Notes: generated by a model not told the origin, from the sequence alone. A DNA stretch of 64,000 nt from Verrucomicrobia bacterium UBA1200 (GCA_002309765.1 DBXY01000022.1:134361-198360); one strand, 5' to 3'; shown: positions 35,979 to 44,242, numbered from the stretch's first letter. Numbers and translations: made by a program.

Positions 35979-37058
35979 CTAAATATTTAGCGAAACGTCC
36001 GCGCTCTGGATAACCGGACGCGTTTCGCGCCCGTCGTTGTCGCAAACCGGATATCCCGCGTCCTTGGGCGTAACCCCAAAAAGCCAGTCGGCCTTTGAAC
36101 CTTCGATCCGCATTCGTCCGTTCGGCCAAAGCGTGAGAATTCCCGAAAGCGGCGCGGTCCAGCCAAGGGTATGCGGCGCACCGGTATGGTTCGCCACATA
36201 TTCGGCGGGATATTTGTCGTGTACCTTGCCGAACCACTGGTAGTTGGCGCTGTTGACGTCCCAATAGAAAATTCCGTCAAGGACACGGAGATTGTCGCAG
36301 TGAAGATGCCCGTTCATCACCAACCGGACGGTTCCGGGACGCTTCGCGTTCGCCTCGTTGAAAATCGCGCGCACTTCGGCGGAGTTTTTCACCGGGTCGC
36401 ATCTCCCGCGCTCAAAACTCTGATGCGAAAGGACTACGCAAGGAAGCGGCGAGCCGACGATGGTCGCCCTGAGCCACTCCATCTCCTCGGGGGGAATCCA
36501 TGTCGTCGATGCGCCTTCGCCGGGTTTGAAATAGTTGCCGTTCGAATAGTGAACGAACTTACCGTCCGCAGTGCGGATATAATTGGGATCGGCAATCACG
36601 AACCGGAATCCGCCCTTGTCGAACGAGTAGTGCCCGGCGGGCATCCGGTACGCTTCGCACGTCTCGCGGTAGTCGTTTTGATCCTGGTCGTGGTTGCCGA
36701 GAATGTGGTAACCGGGAATCTTGGAGCTGCTGTACAACTTGAGATACTCTTTCTGCCAATCCTTGCGTACACCATGCATGAAGTCACCGCAATGGATCAT
36801 CATGTCGCACCGCTCGCGTTCCGCGCGCGCCATGATACGTTCAAGGAATGACGTATTCTCCGTGTTAGTCCACTTGTTGCGCTCATAGTGGATGTCCGAA
36901 AAAACGCAAACCTTGAGCGGGGCACGCTCCGCCGTCGGCGTCTCCGCCCCGGCCCGGATGGCGCCCACCACTCCTGCGGCGGCGATTCCGGCGAGGAACC
37001 CCCGTCTGTCAATCTTCATCGAATCCGCCGAGCAACGTAATCCCGTGCTGTTTTTCAT
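35979..37058 (-). CDS. calcineurin-like metallophosphoesterase with Tat signal
   Basis: Start set to ATG 37058, with AAGGAGG 7 nt upstream. MKIDRRGFLAGIAAAGVVGA is a Tat motif. Metallophosphoesterase blocks are FSDIHYE, HCGDFMHG, LGNHD and MNGHLHCD. Confidence 0.75.
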   Translation of the reverse strand: MKNSTGLRCSADSMKIDRRGFLAGIAAAGVVGAIRAGAETPTAERAPLKVCVFSDIHYERNKWTNTENTSFLERIMARAERERCDMMIHCGDFMHGVRKDWQKEYLKLYSSSKIPGYHILGNHDQDQNDYRETCEAYRMPAGHYSFDKGGFRFVIADPNYIRTADGKFVHYSNGNYFKPGEGASTTWIPPEEMEWLRATIVGSPLPCVVLSHQSFERGRCDPVKNSAEVRAIFNEANAKRPGTVRLVMNGHLHCDNLRVLDGIFYWDVNSANYQWFGKVHDKYPAEYVANHTGAPHTLGWTAPLSGILTLWPNGRMRIEGSKADWLFGVTPKDAGYPVCDNDGRETRPVIQSADVSLNI

Positions 37059-37072
37059 CAACATTCCTCCTT

Positions 37073-37091
37073 AAACCGTAAACCGTCAAAC
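37073..37091 (+). repeat. AAACCGT tandem array
   Basis: aaaccgt aaaccgt caaac. Confidence 0.5.
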
Positions 37092-37171
37092 TTCCAAGCA
37101 TTGGTGAATTTTGCCAATGTGGAAATGTTGCCAATTCCATTGCTGCCAGGTGCCAATTTGCCATGGCACTC

Positions 37172-37205
37172 CTTTGCGCCCTATGCGATCTTTGCGGCTA
37201 AAAAA
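37172..37205 (+). repeat. phased 9-mer element, copy C
   Basis: CTTTGCGCC CTATGCGAT CTTTGCGGC TAAAAAA. Confidence 0.75.
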
Positions 37206-37251
37206 TCCTCCAATCCCTCATTCTACACGATCTGCACAGCATAACATCTCC

Positions 37252-37283
37252 CCAACCGTCAAACCGTCCAACCGTCCAACCGT
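37252..37283 (+). repeat. 8-mer tandem array (4 units)
   Basis: CCAACCGT CAAACCGT CCAACCGT CCAACCGT, lying 13 nt beyond the GH89-like stop codon. Confidence 0.75.
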
Positions 37284-37295
37284 TTCCCCATCGTT

Positions 37296-39503
37296 TCACT
37301 TCGCAAGGCGCTTCAAGACGCGGCGGAAGTTCTCTTCCGTGCGCGGAAGAGTCGGCTTGAGCGATTCAAGCGGCTGCTTTTTTAGTTCAAGCCGTTCCTG
37401 CTCCACATTGCCGACAATGGTGGTTTTACGGTCATCGGCGGCTACCGCCTTTGCCAGTGACTCCGCAACACGCCGCACATGTGGCGCATACCAATAACGC
37501 GCCAGTTCGTACTGGTGGCTGCGGCAGTAATCGCATGACGCATTCTCGAATAGCGTCTGGGTGAAATCGGGATTGCGGACCTTCTCCACGGCATCAAGCC
37601 GCTGGAAAGATTCCCAAAGCGAATAATCGGTGTCCAGCGCTAGCAGATCGGCCATCTTATCGCACAACGCGGCGATGCGCTCAATACGGCCATAGAGATC
37701 GCCGCCATCGCGTTTCCCATTACGCCAGGCAGTGAAATCGCGGCTGAATTCAAAAACGCGCAGCGCGATCACTCGGTCAAGCGCCATACGGACGATGTCA
37801 ATCGTGTCACGGCGGATAAAAGCATCGTCCCACGGCACATAGGAGAGCAGCGAAAACACCTCTTCCGCCTCGGCGACGGGTTTAGTCCACTTTGCGATGA
37901 GCGCGGAATTGTCCTTAACCTCACTGCCAATGGAAAGCACCGCCCGCGAATAGTTCTGCCCCCAATCCCGAAGGTAGGATGCGGGCAGCGCCGCCTTCCA
38001 CGCGGCTTTCATCAGTGCGTAATGCTCCCCGTAGCGGCTCGCGCACATCTCGTCCAGCACATCGCCGTGCGGCACGGGTTTAGCGGACCAAGCGTTCTCC
38101 GTGAAGAACCGGAGGCAAAGCGTGTCGGTGTGGCTGGACTCCGGCCAAAAAATGTAACCTTTGCAGAACGGGTCGTTCTGCACCGCCTTCTGCCGTTCCT
38201 CGATAATCGGATAATTCGCCCTCGCGTCAAGCGCCTTTTCATAGGCGAGGAAAATGGAGTACGTGTAGGGGAATTTTCCCACGAGTCCCCAATTCAGGAA
38301 ATGGTTGGTGCCGTGCGACACATCCGCCTCATAGTCCCAAATGATATCGCGCTCCGGATCGAGACGGGGCAACAGCGCTTTTACCTCATCCGGTTTCCAA
38401 GTGCTGTAGAAATCCCACCCGGCAATCAACACCTTGGAATCCGGATAGTCGCGATGGGCCCGGGCGAGAAATTTGTCGAGTGCCTCGATCTTCAGGTCAA
38501 AATTCCGCTGGCGGTCTTTGTAGCACCGACGCTCGCCAAGCCCAATGGTGTGCAGCAATTGCGGCGGCGGTGCGCCCACCCCGTATTGCGCCACTGCGGT
38601 CTTGGTCAATTTCCAGTACTCATCGGCCCACTTCTCGTCACGGATATCCCAAACGCGGCCGTTGCGCTCGCTGTAGTGGTTCACTTCCTGCGGCAGAAAC
38701 GGCGGCTGCTTCTTGTCCAGAAAATCCTCCGGCGTACGCGAATACCAGTGCGACATGGTGCCAAAATCCTCCGGCGCCAAAAGCCCGCGCTCAAAGGCGT
38801 ATTTCTGAAGCCGCTTACGCAGTTCCCCGCGATACTGGAGACTCCAGAACAGCGAACGGTCGTCATATCCCTTTCCGGTGCCGGGCAGCGGCTTTGACGG
38901 ATCGGGATAGGAGCAAGTGTCCGGGAAAGTCAATTGGAACAAGTCATCCTGCCCAATGCGCAACATGAAGACATTCAGTCGGCGTTTCAAGATCCAATCA
39001 ATCTCCTTCCTCCAATCCTCCGGCCCCCAATGTTCCGCCTGAAATCGCGTCAACCCGCGATGGGCGAAATAACGGATACCGCGATATTCGAAATGCGCCT
39101 CTTCCTTCACGTTGAGATTGGTGAAGTCGAGCGAATCCCGCTTCGGCACGACATCGCCGTCCCAAAACCAATGGCACCCGCCGCGGCGTTCCAGCAGGTC
39201 GTAAAGTCCGTACCAGACACTGCGCAAATTAGAGCCGGTTATGGTTACGGCGGTATCCCCGGAAACAATTGTGTAGGCGTCTTTGCCGGAAACGGAAACT
39301 TTCGGATCGACCGCAAACGACACCAACCCGTCCGGCGCGGCCTTGCCCGTAATCTGCCGATAGTATTTCGCGAATTCCGACCGTTGCAAGGCAAACGTAT
39401 CAGAAGTTTCCCCGTTGACGGCAAACGGAACAAACGCCGCTGTAAACAGCGCCGCAACCGCAACTGAACACACTACAAAACGGTTTGATTTTTCACTAAA
39501 CAT
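37296..39503 (-). CDS. GH89-like alpha-N-acetylglucosaminidase family protein, secreted
   Basis: ATG 39503 is preferred over TTG 39509. The signal is FVVCSVAVAALFTAAFVPFAVNG. WRKEIDWILKRRLNVFMLRIGQ resembles the NAGLU W..W..EIDWMAL.GIN block. The C-terminal CDYCRSHQYELARYWYAPHVRRV resembles NAGLU DYA.KQ..GLV..YY.PRW (recalled from memory). Confidence 0.55.
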   Translation of the reverse strand: MFSEKSNRFVVCSVAVAALFTAAFVPFAVNGETSDTFALQRSEFAKYYRQITGKAAPDGLVSFAVDPKVSVSGKDAYTIVSGDTAVTITGSNLRSVWYGLYDLLERRGGCHWFWDGDVVPKRDSLDFTNLNVKEEAHFEYRGIRYFAHRGLTRFQAEHWGPEDWRKEIDWILKRRLNVFMLRIGQDDLFQLTFPDTCSYPDPSKPLPGTGKGYDDRSLFWSLQYRGELRKRLQKYAFERGLLAPEDFGTMSHWYSRTPEDFLDKKQPPFLPQEVNHYSERNGRVWDIRDEKWADEYWKLTKTAVAQYGVGAPPPQLLHTIGLGERRCYKDRQRNFDLKIEALDKFLARAHRDYPDSKVLIAGWDFYSTWKPDEVKALLPRLDPERDIIWDYEADVSHGTNHFLNWGLVGKFPYTYSIFLAYEKALDARANYPIIEERQKAVQNDPFCKGYIFWPESSHTDTLCLRFFTENAWSAKPVPHGDVLDEMCASRYGEHYALMKAAWKAALPASYLRDWGQNYSRAVLSIGSEVKDNSALIAKWTKPVAEAEEVFSLLSYVPWDDAFIRRDTIDIVRMALDRVIALRVFEFSRDFTAWRNGKRDGGDLYGRIERIAALCDKMADLLALDTDYSLWESFQRLDAVEKVRNPDFTQTLFENASCDYCRSHQYELARYWYAPHVRRVAESLAKAVAADDRKTTIVGNVEQERLELKKQPLESLKPTLPRTEENFRRVLKRLAK

Positions 39504-39547
39504 ACTCAATCCCCCGTTATAACGCCACTAACTCAATCCGCATCGCG

Positions 39548-40351
39548 TCAAGGCTGCCTGGCAATACCGAACACCAACCCGCCGGATGCCGCCGGCATAG
39601 GCACCACCTCGTGCGCCGTCATCCAGCCGTATTGCACCGGCCACTTTTCTGGCACGCCTTTGAGATACGGCCCCTTCCAACCGACCGTTCCTTCCCGAAT
39701 CACAATCTTTGCCCGCGTTGGAACCAATGCGCCGGCCAAATGTTTCTCACCCAGATAGCTGTAGGTAATATCCGCTGGCGGTCCGTCCAGCTCCGGGGCG
39801 TTACCGAGAAAAGTGATGGTTTGCAACGAGTCGCACAGCACGAAACAGTTAAAGCCTAACCGGCGGAGCGTCGGAGGAAAGGTTACCGAGGCCAACGACA
39901 GACAGTTGGAAAAAGCCGCCGTTCCGACCATCTCCACCCCGCCGAGAAAAGTCACATTCGTCAGGGCCGTACACCATGAAAAAGCCTGATCCCCCACCTC
40001 GCGCACCGTTGCCGGGATAGTGATTGACGTCAATTGCGAGCACGCCACGAAAGCCGAATCCATAATCTTGCGCACCGGCAGTCCGTCGATTGTCTCCGGA
40101 ATCACGAGCGCTCCCTTGTAACTTGGCGGGACTCCCACCCGCTTCGGATAAACCGTACCGATCGTCACATACGTCGCCCGGTCCTCACCCGAAACGCCCG
40201 GTTCGCACACCTTGCTGTAGAAAAGCCCCGGCACCGGATCCCCGGCATCCATTTGATACGGATAGCTGGAGTAACGTCCCACCCAATCGCAATACGCCAC
40301 GCTCGCGAACATAATCCCGACCGCAATAACCCGAATCGTCTTTAACGTCAT
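39548..40351 (-). CDS. BspA-type leucine-rich-repeat (LRR_5) surface protein
   Basis: Start trimmed to ATG 40351 (GGGGGTGA upstream; MTLKTIRVIAVGIMFASVAYC). The repeats are IPETIDGLPVRKIMDSAF..CSQLTSITIPATVREVGDQAFSWCTALTNVTF... Confidence 0.7.
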   Translation of the reverse strand: MTLKTIRVIAVGIMFASVAYCDWVGRYSSYPYQMDAGDPVPGLFYSKVCEPGVSGEDRATYVTIGTVYPKRVGVPPSYKGALVIPETIDGLPVRKIMDSAFVACSQLTSITIPATVREVGDQAFSWCTALTNVTFLGGVEMVGTAAFSNCLSLASVTFPPTLRRLGFNCFVLCDSLQTITFLGNAPELDGPPADITYSYLGEKHLAGALVPTRAKIVIREGTVGWKGPYLKGVPEKWPVQYGWMTAHEVVPMPAASGGLVFGIARQP

Positions 40352-40576
40352 AAATTCACCCCCGGTTAAAACCCCGCGCCAACGACTCACCTTGCCGCTT
40401 TCCTTGACGCAGTTACTATCCCGGTTTTTGCTCCTTTCCCCATTCACAATTGCCATTGTAACACAATTTCACCGGAAATCATATAACAAATCGTTCGAAA
40501 CGGCTTTTTTGCAAAACGAAAACCGCGGCGTGGCGGGTTTCCCCACCCGCGCCAGCATTTCCCGCGCAATCTCCTG

Positions 40577-40906
40577 TCACTCTTCATCCAGAAACTCCTC
40601 CCACGACATCAGTTCTTCATCGTCACTACATGAAACCCGCTTGCCATGTTTTTCACGACGGCGCTTTTCTTTATCCTCCTTTGCGGCCAGTTTCTCGTTT
40701 TCGATCTTAGTGATAATCTCAAGCGCCTTGTCGCGGGTAACGCCATAAATGCGCATGACCATCTTTGCCTTTACATCGTTGAATAACTCATCCGAAGTCT
40801 TTTTCTTCTGGTGGCACTTCTTGCGGGAAGACGATTTACGGTCTTTTGCAATGCCGGCAAAGAACTCCTCGGCGGACATTATCTCAAGAGAATCATCCCA
40901 TTCCAT
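40577..40906 (-). CDS. highly charged small protein of unknown function, with a repeated acidic motif at both termini
   Basis: ORF with AAGGAA 7 nt before ATG 40906. Alternative starts are 40912 and 40927. The sequence is K/E/D/R rich. The N-terminal DDSLEIMSAEEFF and C-terminal DDEELMSWEEFL motifs match each other. It starts 15 nt after the sigma-r4 ORF stop. Confidence 0.5.
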   Translation of the reverse strand: MEWDDSLEIMSAEEFFAGIAKDRKSSSRKKCHQKKKTSDELFNDVKAKMVMRIYGVTRDKALEIITKIENEKLAAKEDKEKRRREKHGKRVSCSDDEELMSWEEFLDEE

Positions 40907-40920
40907 TTTCATTTCCTTTC

Positions 40921-41109
40921 TTAACAATCCGTCATTATATCGGACAAGTTGGTGACTCCGAAACGACGCAGAAGCTGCAGCCGCAGCTTTTCGAGTGCCC
41001 GTTTTTCAATCTGTCTAACCCCCTCGCGGGTAATTCCCATCATTTGTGCGGTTTCCGCCAACGAATGGGAAATCCCATAACCAATGTGCCCGACATCATT
41101 TTTTGCCAT
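40921..41109 (-). CDS. standalone sigma-70 region 4 (4.2 HTH) domain mini-protein, 62 aa
   Basis: AAGGAG sits 7 nt upstream of ATG 41109. SLAETAQMMGITREGVRQIEKRALEKLR closely resembles the region 4.2 consensus (..T.ERIRQIE.KALRKLR). No region 2/3 coding sequence lies upstream. Confidence 0.65.
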   Translation of the reverse strand: MAKNDVGHIGYGISHSLAETAQMMGITREGVRQIEKRALEKLRLQLLRRFGVTNLSDIMTDC

Positions 41110-41194
41110 TTTTGAACTCCTTAACGATTCCCTCTTTAAGGGAGGTTATGATTTTCAACCATACCCACTATATTCTTCTCGCGAACTAGGGAAA

Positions 41195-41223
41195 ATATTA
41201 CAAAGAAAATGAAGAATTATGAA
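41195..41223 (-). promoter_or_regulatory. promoter candidate for the sigma-r4 cassette
   Basis: On the minus strand: TTCATA (41223..41218), a 17-nt spacer, then TAATAT (41200..41195). The implied leader is about 80 nt. Confidence 0.4.
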
Positions 41224-41237
41224 TGAAAATGAAGAAT
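41205..41237. promoter_or_regulatory. two 13-nt direct repeats overlapping the candidate promoter (possible operator)
   Basis: GAAAATGAAGAAT at 41205..41217 and at 41225..41237, with 20-nt phasing. One copy fills the -35/-10 spacer. Confidence 0.5.
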
Positions 41238-41294
41238 GGATTAGTCGTTGTTAGCCGACAGCAGTTAGACGTTAGTGGCAAATCGTCCAAATTT

Positions 41295-41326
41295 CCAACC
41301 GTCAAACGGTCAAACCATTCAACCAA
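41295..41326 (+). repeat. 8-mer tandem array
   Basis: CCAACCGT CAAACGGT CAAACCAT TCAACCAA. Confidence 0.6.
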
Positions 41327-41358
41327 TTTATGCACGGTTTCACGCTCGACATCTCATC

Positions 41359-41392
41359 TTTTTTAGCCGCAAAGGGCGCATAGAGCGCAAAG
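41359..41392 (-). repeat. phased 9-mer element, copy D (inverted relative to A-C)
   Basis: The reverse complement reads CTTTGCGCT CTATGCGCC CTTTGCGGC TAAAAAA. Confidence 0.75.
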
Positions 41393-41421
41393 AAGAGTAG
41401 CTAGCAGCTAGTTGTTAGTGA

Positions 41422-41453
41422 TAAACGGTCAAACGGTTCAACTATCAAACTGT
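41422..41453 (+). repeat. 8-mer tandem array
   Basis: TAAACGGT CAAACGGT TCAACTAT CAAACTGT. It overlaps the small hairpin CTGTGGT-aaca-ACCACAG (41450..41467), a possible terminator for the orphan gene on the minus strand. Confidence 0.55.
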
Positions 41454-41484
41454 GGTAACAACCACAGAACGGCACAAGTAGTTG

Positions 41485-42540
41485 TCATGGCGCGATGTTT
41501 GGCTGTTTCTCTCGTGCATTTGGATAGTTCAAACTATGATATGGAAGAAACTCAAGATTCGTGTCGTTCTCTGTCGGATTGGCATATATTTGAATGCCGA
41601 ATTGAGCTTTTGCACCTTTGCCGTAACGATCCAAAGGGTATGTACGACTATAACCGATAGGGCCATATATTTTCCCATAATGTGCGCCTATAAGTTTTCC
41701 ACTTGACGAGAAACGGGGACGGATTCGGAAAACAAGACATTTTTCAATATTATGTCGTTGATTAAGCATAATTGATCGAGACAAGGGTCGATTTATTGCG
41801 GCATTATGAGGAGACTTTAACTCGCTCCCATCATAATCCACAATATAATACCCACACTCCCGGTCTGTCCATATCAGAGTCAAGGAAACTGTTTCAGAGG
41901 CATCTGCAACAAGGCGCATCCATTCTCTATAATCATCCTCTTGAATATTTATTTCTTTACCATGGTATTCGATAAGTAGATCCGCATGTTTTCCCTTTCC
42001 CATTGGCTGAACCCAATCCATCTCCATTAGGTCGAAACCGTAAGAAGTGTTAAGTTCAGGGAAGTAATAATCATAATATTTGGGATGCGCATACATCGGA
42101 ATCGGATTACGCTTGCGTTTTAATACCACTTTATGCTCCATACCGTATGGTTGCCATTTTCCGTCTTTAAGTGATGCGCCAGACAGGCCGGGTATGTAAA
42201 AACCGCCGTGGGTATAATAGTACCCGTCTTTGTTGACGGAATACCGCACATCGCCTATCGTTGCGCCCCGAACCACCAAAACCCCCTTTCGGTCCGTCAC
42301 GCCATTCACTCCGTTGTGGTCGGTTGACCAGAGTAATAGCCCGGCACTGATTTTAGCGCCGGAAACGGGAGTCCCCTCCTCATCCACCACCTTGAACACT
42401 ATCTTGGCCTTTGCCCCGAACGTTTTAGCCTGCTTGAGGGAATCCCCAACCACCACCATGCGGGGCAGGTTCATCGCCCCAATCAACCATACTGCGCCAA
42501 TGATCCCAATGAATGTTACCAATGTCTTTCTTGCCATCAT
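41485..42540 (-). CDS. membrane-anchored hypothetical protein (N-terminal TM segment, CarboxypepD_reg-like Ig domain, unknown C-terminal domain)
   Basis: MMARKTLVTFIGIIGAVWLIGAM is a TM anchor. KIVFKVVDEEGTPVSGAKISAG looks like a carboxypeptidase-regulatory-like beta-sandwich. AAGGAG SD upstream. The G+C content is markedly lower than in neighbouring genes. Confidence 0.55.
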   Translation of the reverse strand: MMARKTLVTFIGIIGAVWLIGAMNLPRMVVVGDSLKQAKTFGAKAKIVFKVVDEEGTPVSGAKISAGLLLWSTDHNGVNGVTDRKGVLVVRGATIGDVRYSVNKDGYYYTHGGFYIPGLSGASLKDGKWQPYGMEHKVVLKRKRNPIPMYAHPKYYDYYFPELNTSYGFDLMEMDWVQPMGKGKHADLLIEYHGKEINIQEDDYREWMRLVADASETVSLTLIWTDRECGYYIVDYDGSELKSPHNAAINRPLSRSIMLNQRHNIEKCLVFRIRPRFSSSGKLIGAHYGKIYGPIGYSRTYPLDRYGKGAKAQFGIQIYANPTENDTNLEFLPYHSLNYPNAREKQPNIAP

Positions 42541-42658
42541 AGCCCAACTCCTTTTTCAAGAAAACACCAGTTTCACCTTGCTTCCATTAGAACGGCCAAA
42601 GTTTCCGGTGCTTCTTATTTTGAGACTGTTCATTCTCCTCGCGTTAACGTTGCACCAT

Positions 42659-44242
42659 TTATTTCTTTAGTCCGGTCTCGCGCTCTACCGACTTTTCGCA
42701 ACACGCTTTGATCGAAGCCTCGCCCGCATAGATACGAATCGCGCCTTTGGTACGGGTGATGCCGGTGTAGAGAATTTCACGAGTCAGAAGCGGCAAATCG
42801 GCTTCCGGCGGCATGACAATCGACACATTGCCGAATTCCGACCCCTGCGCCTTATGGATGGTGGTCGCAAACGCCAGTTCGGTGCCGTTTAGCAATTCCA
42901 AGCGAAGCTTACGGACACCTTTCTCCAATGTCGGTAGGTAGATGTACTGCGGCTCGTCAGGTATAACCACGCCGACATCACCGTTTTGCACCTCCAGCGA
43001 ATGATCGTTCCGCGTAATCATCACAGGCATCGGACACTTCTTGCCAAGCAACCGCTTAATATACTCGTTCAGGCTTTCGGTGCCGTACGGCCCTTTCCGA
43101 AGGACGCAGAGGACGCGAAATCCGTTAAGCTTTTCCAGGGCCGACACCGCCTCTGAACATTGGGATAACTCTCCGAATCCGTTGCGAACCGCACTTTGGA
43201 AATCGTTCCATTTTGCAGGCGCAAAAGGATCTTTCCCCGAAATGTTCCGAAAACTGGCCTCTTTCTCCTCCCGCAACACCGCCATCACGGCGTCGAAACT
43301 CCCGTCCCTGCCGCTGTTGACGGCAGACGCCAGACGATCAATCGTGCCACCCGACGGGAAACGCTTGCTAATCATAAGCTTAGCGACATTATGATCGAAC
43401 AAGTCACACAGGTCTCCAAACACCCGCCCCTGATCCACGGAGGCCAGCTGATGAGAATCGCCAATCAGCGTCAAAGCGCACTCCGGCGGTAACGCGTCCA
43501 GCAACTTCGCCATCAGCGGCAACCCGATCATACTTGCCTCATCGACAACGAGCCAGTCCATCGGTAGCGGATTCGAACGATCGTGTTTGAACGACACAAA
43601 ATCAGGATTCGTCCCCAACAGCGTGTGAAGCGTGGTCGCGGGCTGGATACCTTCCAGTAACCCTTGCTTTTTCAGATCCACAAGCGATTCGTTAATGCGC
43701 GCGGCGGCCTTGCCGGTCGGGGCGGCAAGGGCAATCCGTGCATCAGACATACGCTCCCGCATCAGGTTAACCGCCTTCCCCAACGTGAACGTCTTGCCCG
43801 TACCAGGGCCGCCCGTGAGGATTGAGAACCGGTGCGCCAACAGGGTGGGAATAGCCGGACACTGGTCTTCCGGGCGCAACATGGCGTACTCTTCACGTTG
43901 CGGAACAGTGACATCGGAGAGCCATGGGGCGCAAGACATGGCGGTAACCCGGCTGCGCACAATCTGCTCGTACCGCCAATTCCGCCGCGTGTAGAGCAGA
44001 TCGCCAAACCGCACAAACGGCGTGTCAACCGTGTCCGGATCGGTCTCCGCCGTGACAACGGAGACTATTTCAGGCACTCCGTCCAGCAACGCCGCCTCAT
44101 CGCCGCTCAACCGGCAGCACACATTTCCGCCGTCGGTCTCATCATTGTCATCCGACACCCCGATGGCGCGAACGCAGAGTTCCGGTACATCCTCACGCCC
44201 GCCCATCATCCGCTTTACCAAATCCGCGATTGCCGTTTTCAT
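42659..44242 (-). CDS. recD: exodeoxyribonuclease V subunit alpha
   Basis: Walker A LTGGPGTGKTFTLG, DEASMI, and the C-terminal ATTIHKAQGSEF / YTGITR SF1 helicase motifs. Its start overlaps the recB stop. Confidence 0.85.
   Translation of the reverse strand: MKTAIADLVKRMMGGREDVPELCVRAIGVSDDNDETDGGNVCCRLSGDEAALLDGVPEIVSVVTAETDPDTVDTPFVRFGDLLYTRRNWRYEQIVRSRVTAMSCAPWLSDVTVPQREEYAMLRPEDQCPAIPTLLAHRFSILTGGPGTGKTFTLGKAVNLMRERMSDARIALAAPTGKAAARINESLVDLKKQGLLEGIQPATTLHTLLGTNPDFVSFKHDRSNPLPMDWLVVDEASMIGLPLMAKLLDALPPECALTLIGDSHQLASVDQGRVFGDLCDLFDHNVAKLMISKRFPSGGTIDRLASAVNSGRDGSFDAVMAVLREEKEASFRNISGKDPFAPAKWNDFQSAVRNGFGELSQCSEAVSALEKLNGFRVLCVLRKGPYGTESLNEYIKRLLGKKCPMPVMITRNDHSLEVQNGDVGVVIPDEPQYIYLPTLEKGVRKLRLELLNGTELAFATTIHKAQGSEFGNVSIVMPPEADLPLLTREILYTGITRTKGAIRIYAGEASIKACCEKSVERETGLKK

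Noticed and set aside
37111-37497. 128-aa Cys-rich plus-strand ORF (MPMWKCCQFHCCQVPICHG...) starting in the intergenic repeat region
   Set aside because: It runs through the CCAAT boxes, 9-mer element C and the 8-mer array, then into the GH89-like 3' end in antisense. There is no SD. The Cys/His richness comes from translating TGCCA repeats. A short peptide or antisense RNA driven from this region cannot be excluded.
37073-41453. Calling the C/D inverted repeats a transposon or invertible element
   Set aside because: No transposase, integrase or invertase ORF and no target-site duplication could be identified. It is kept only as a finding and is not annotated as a mobile element.
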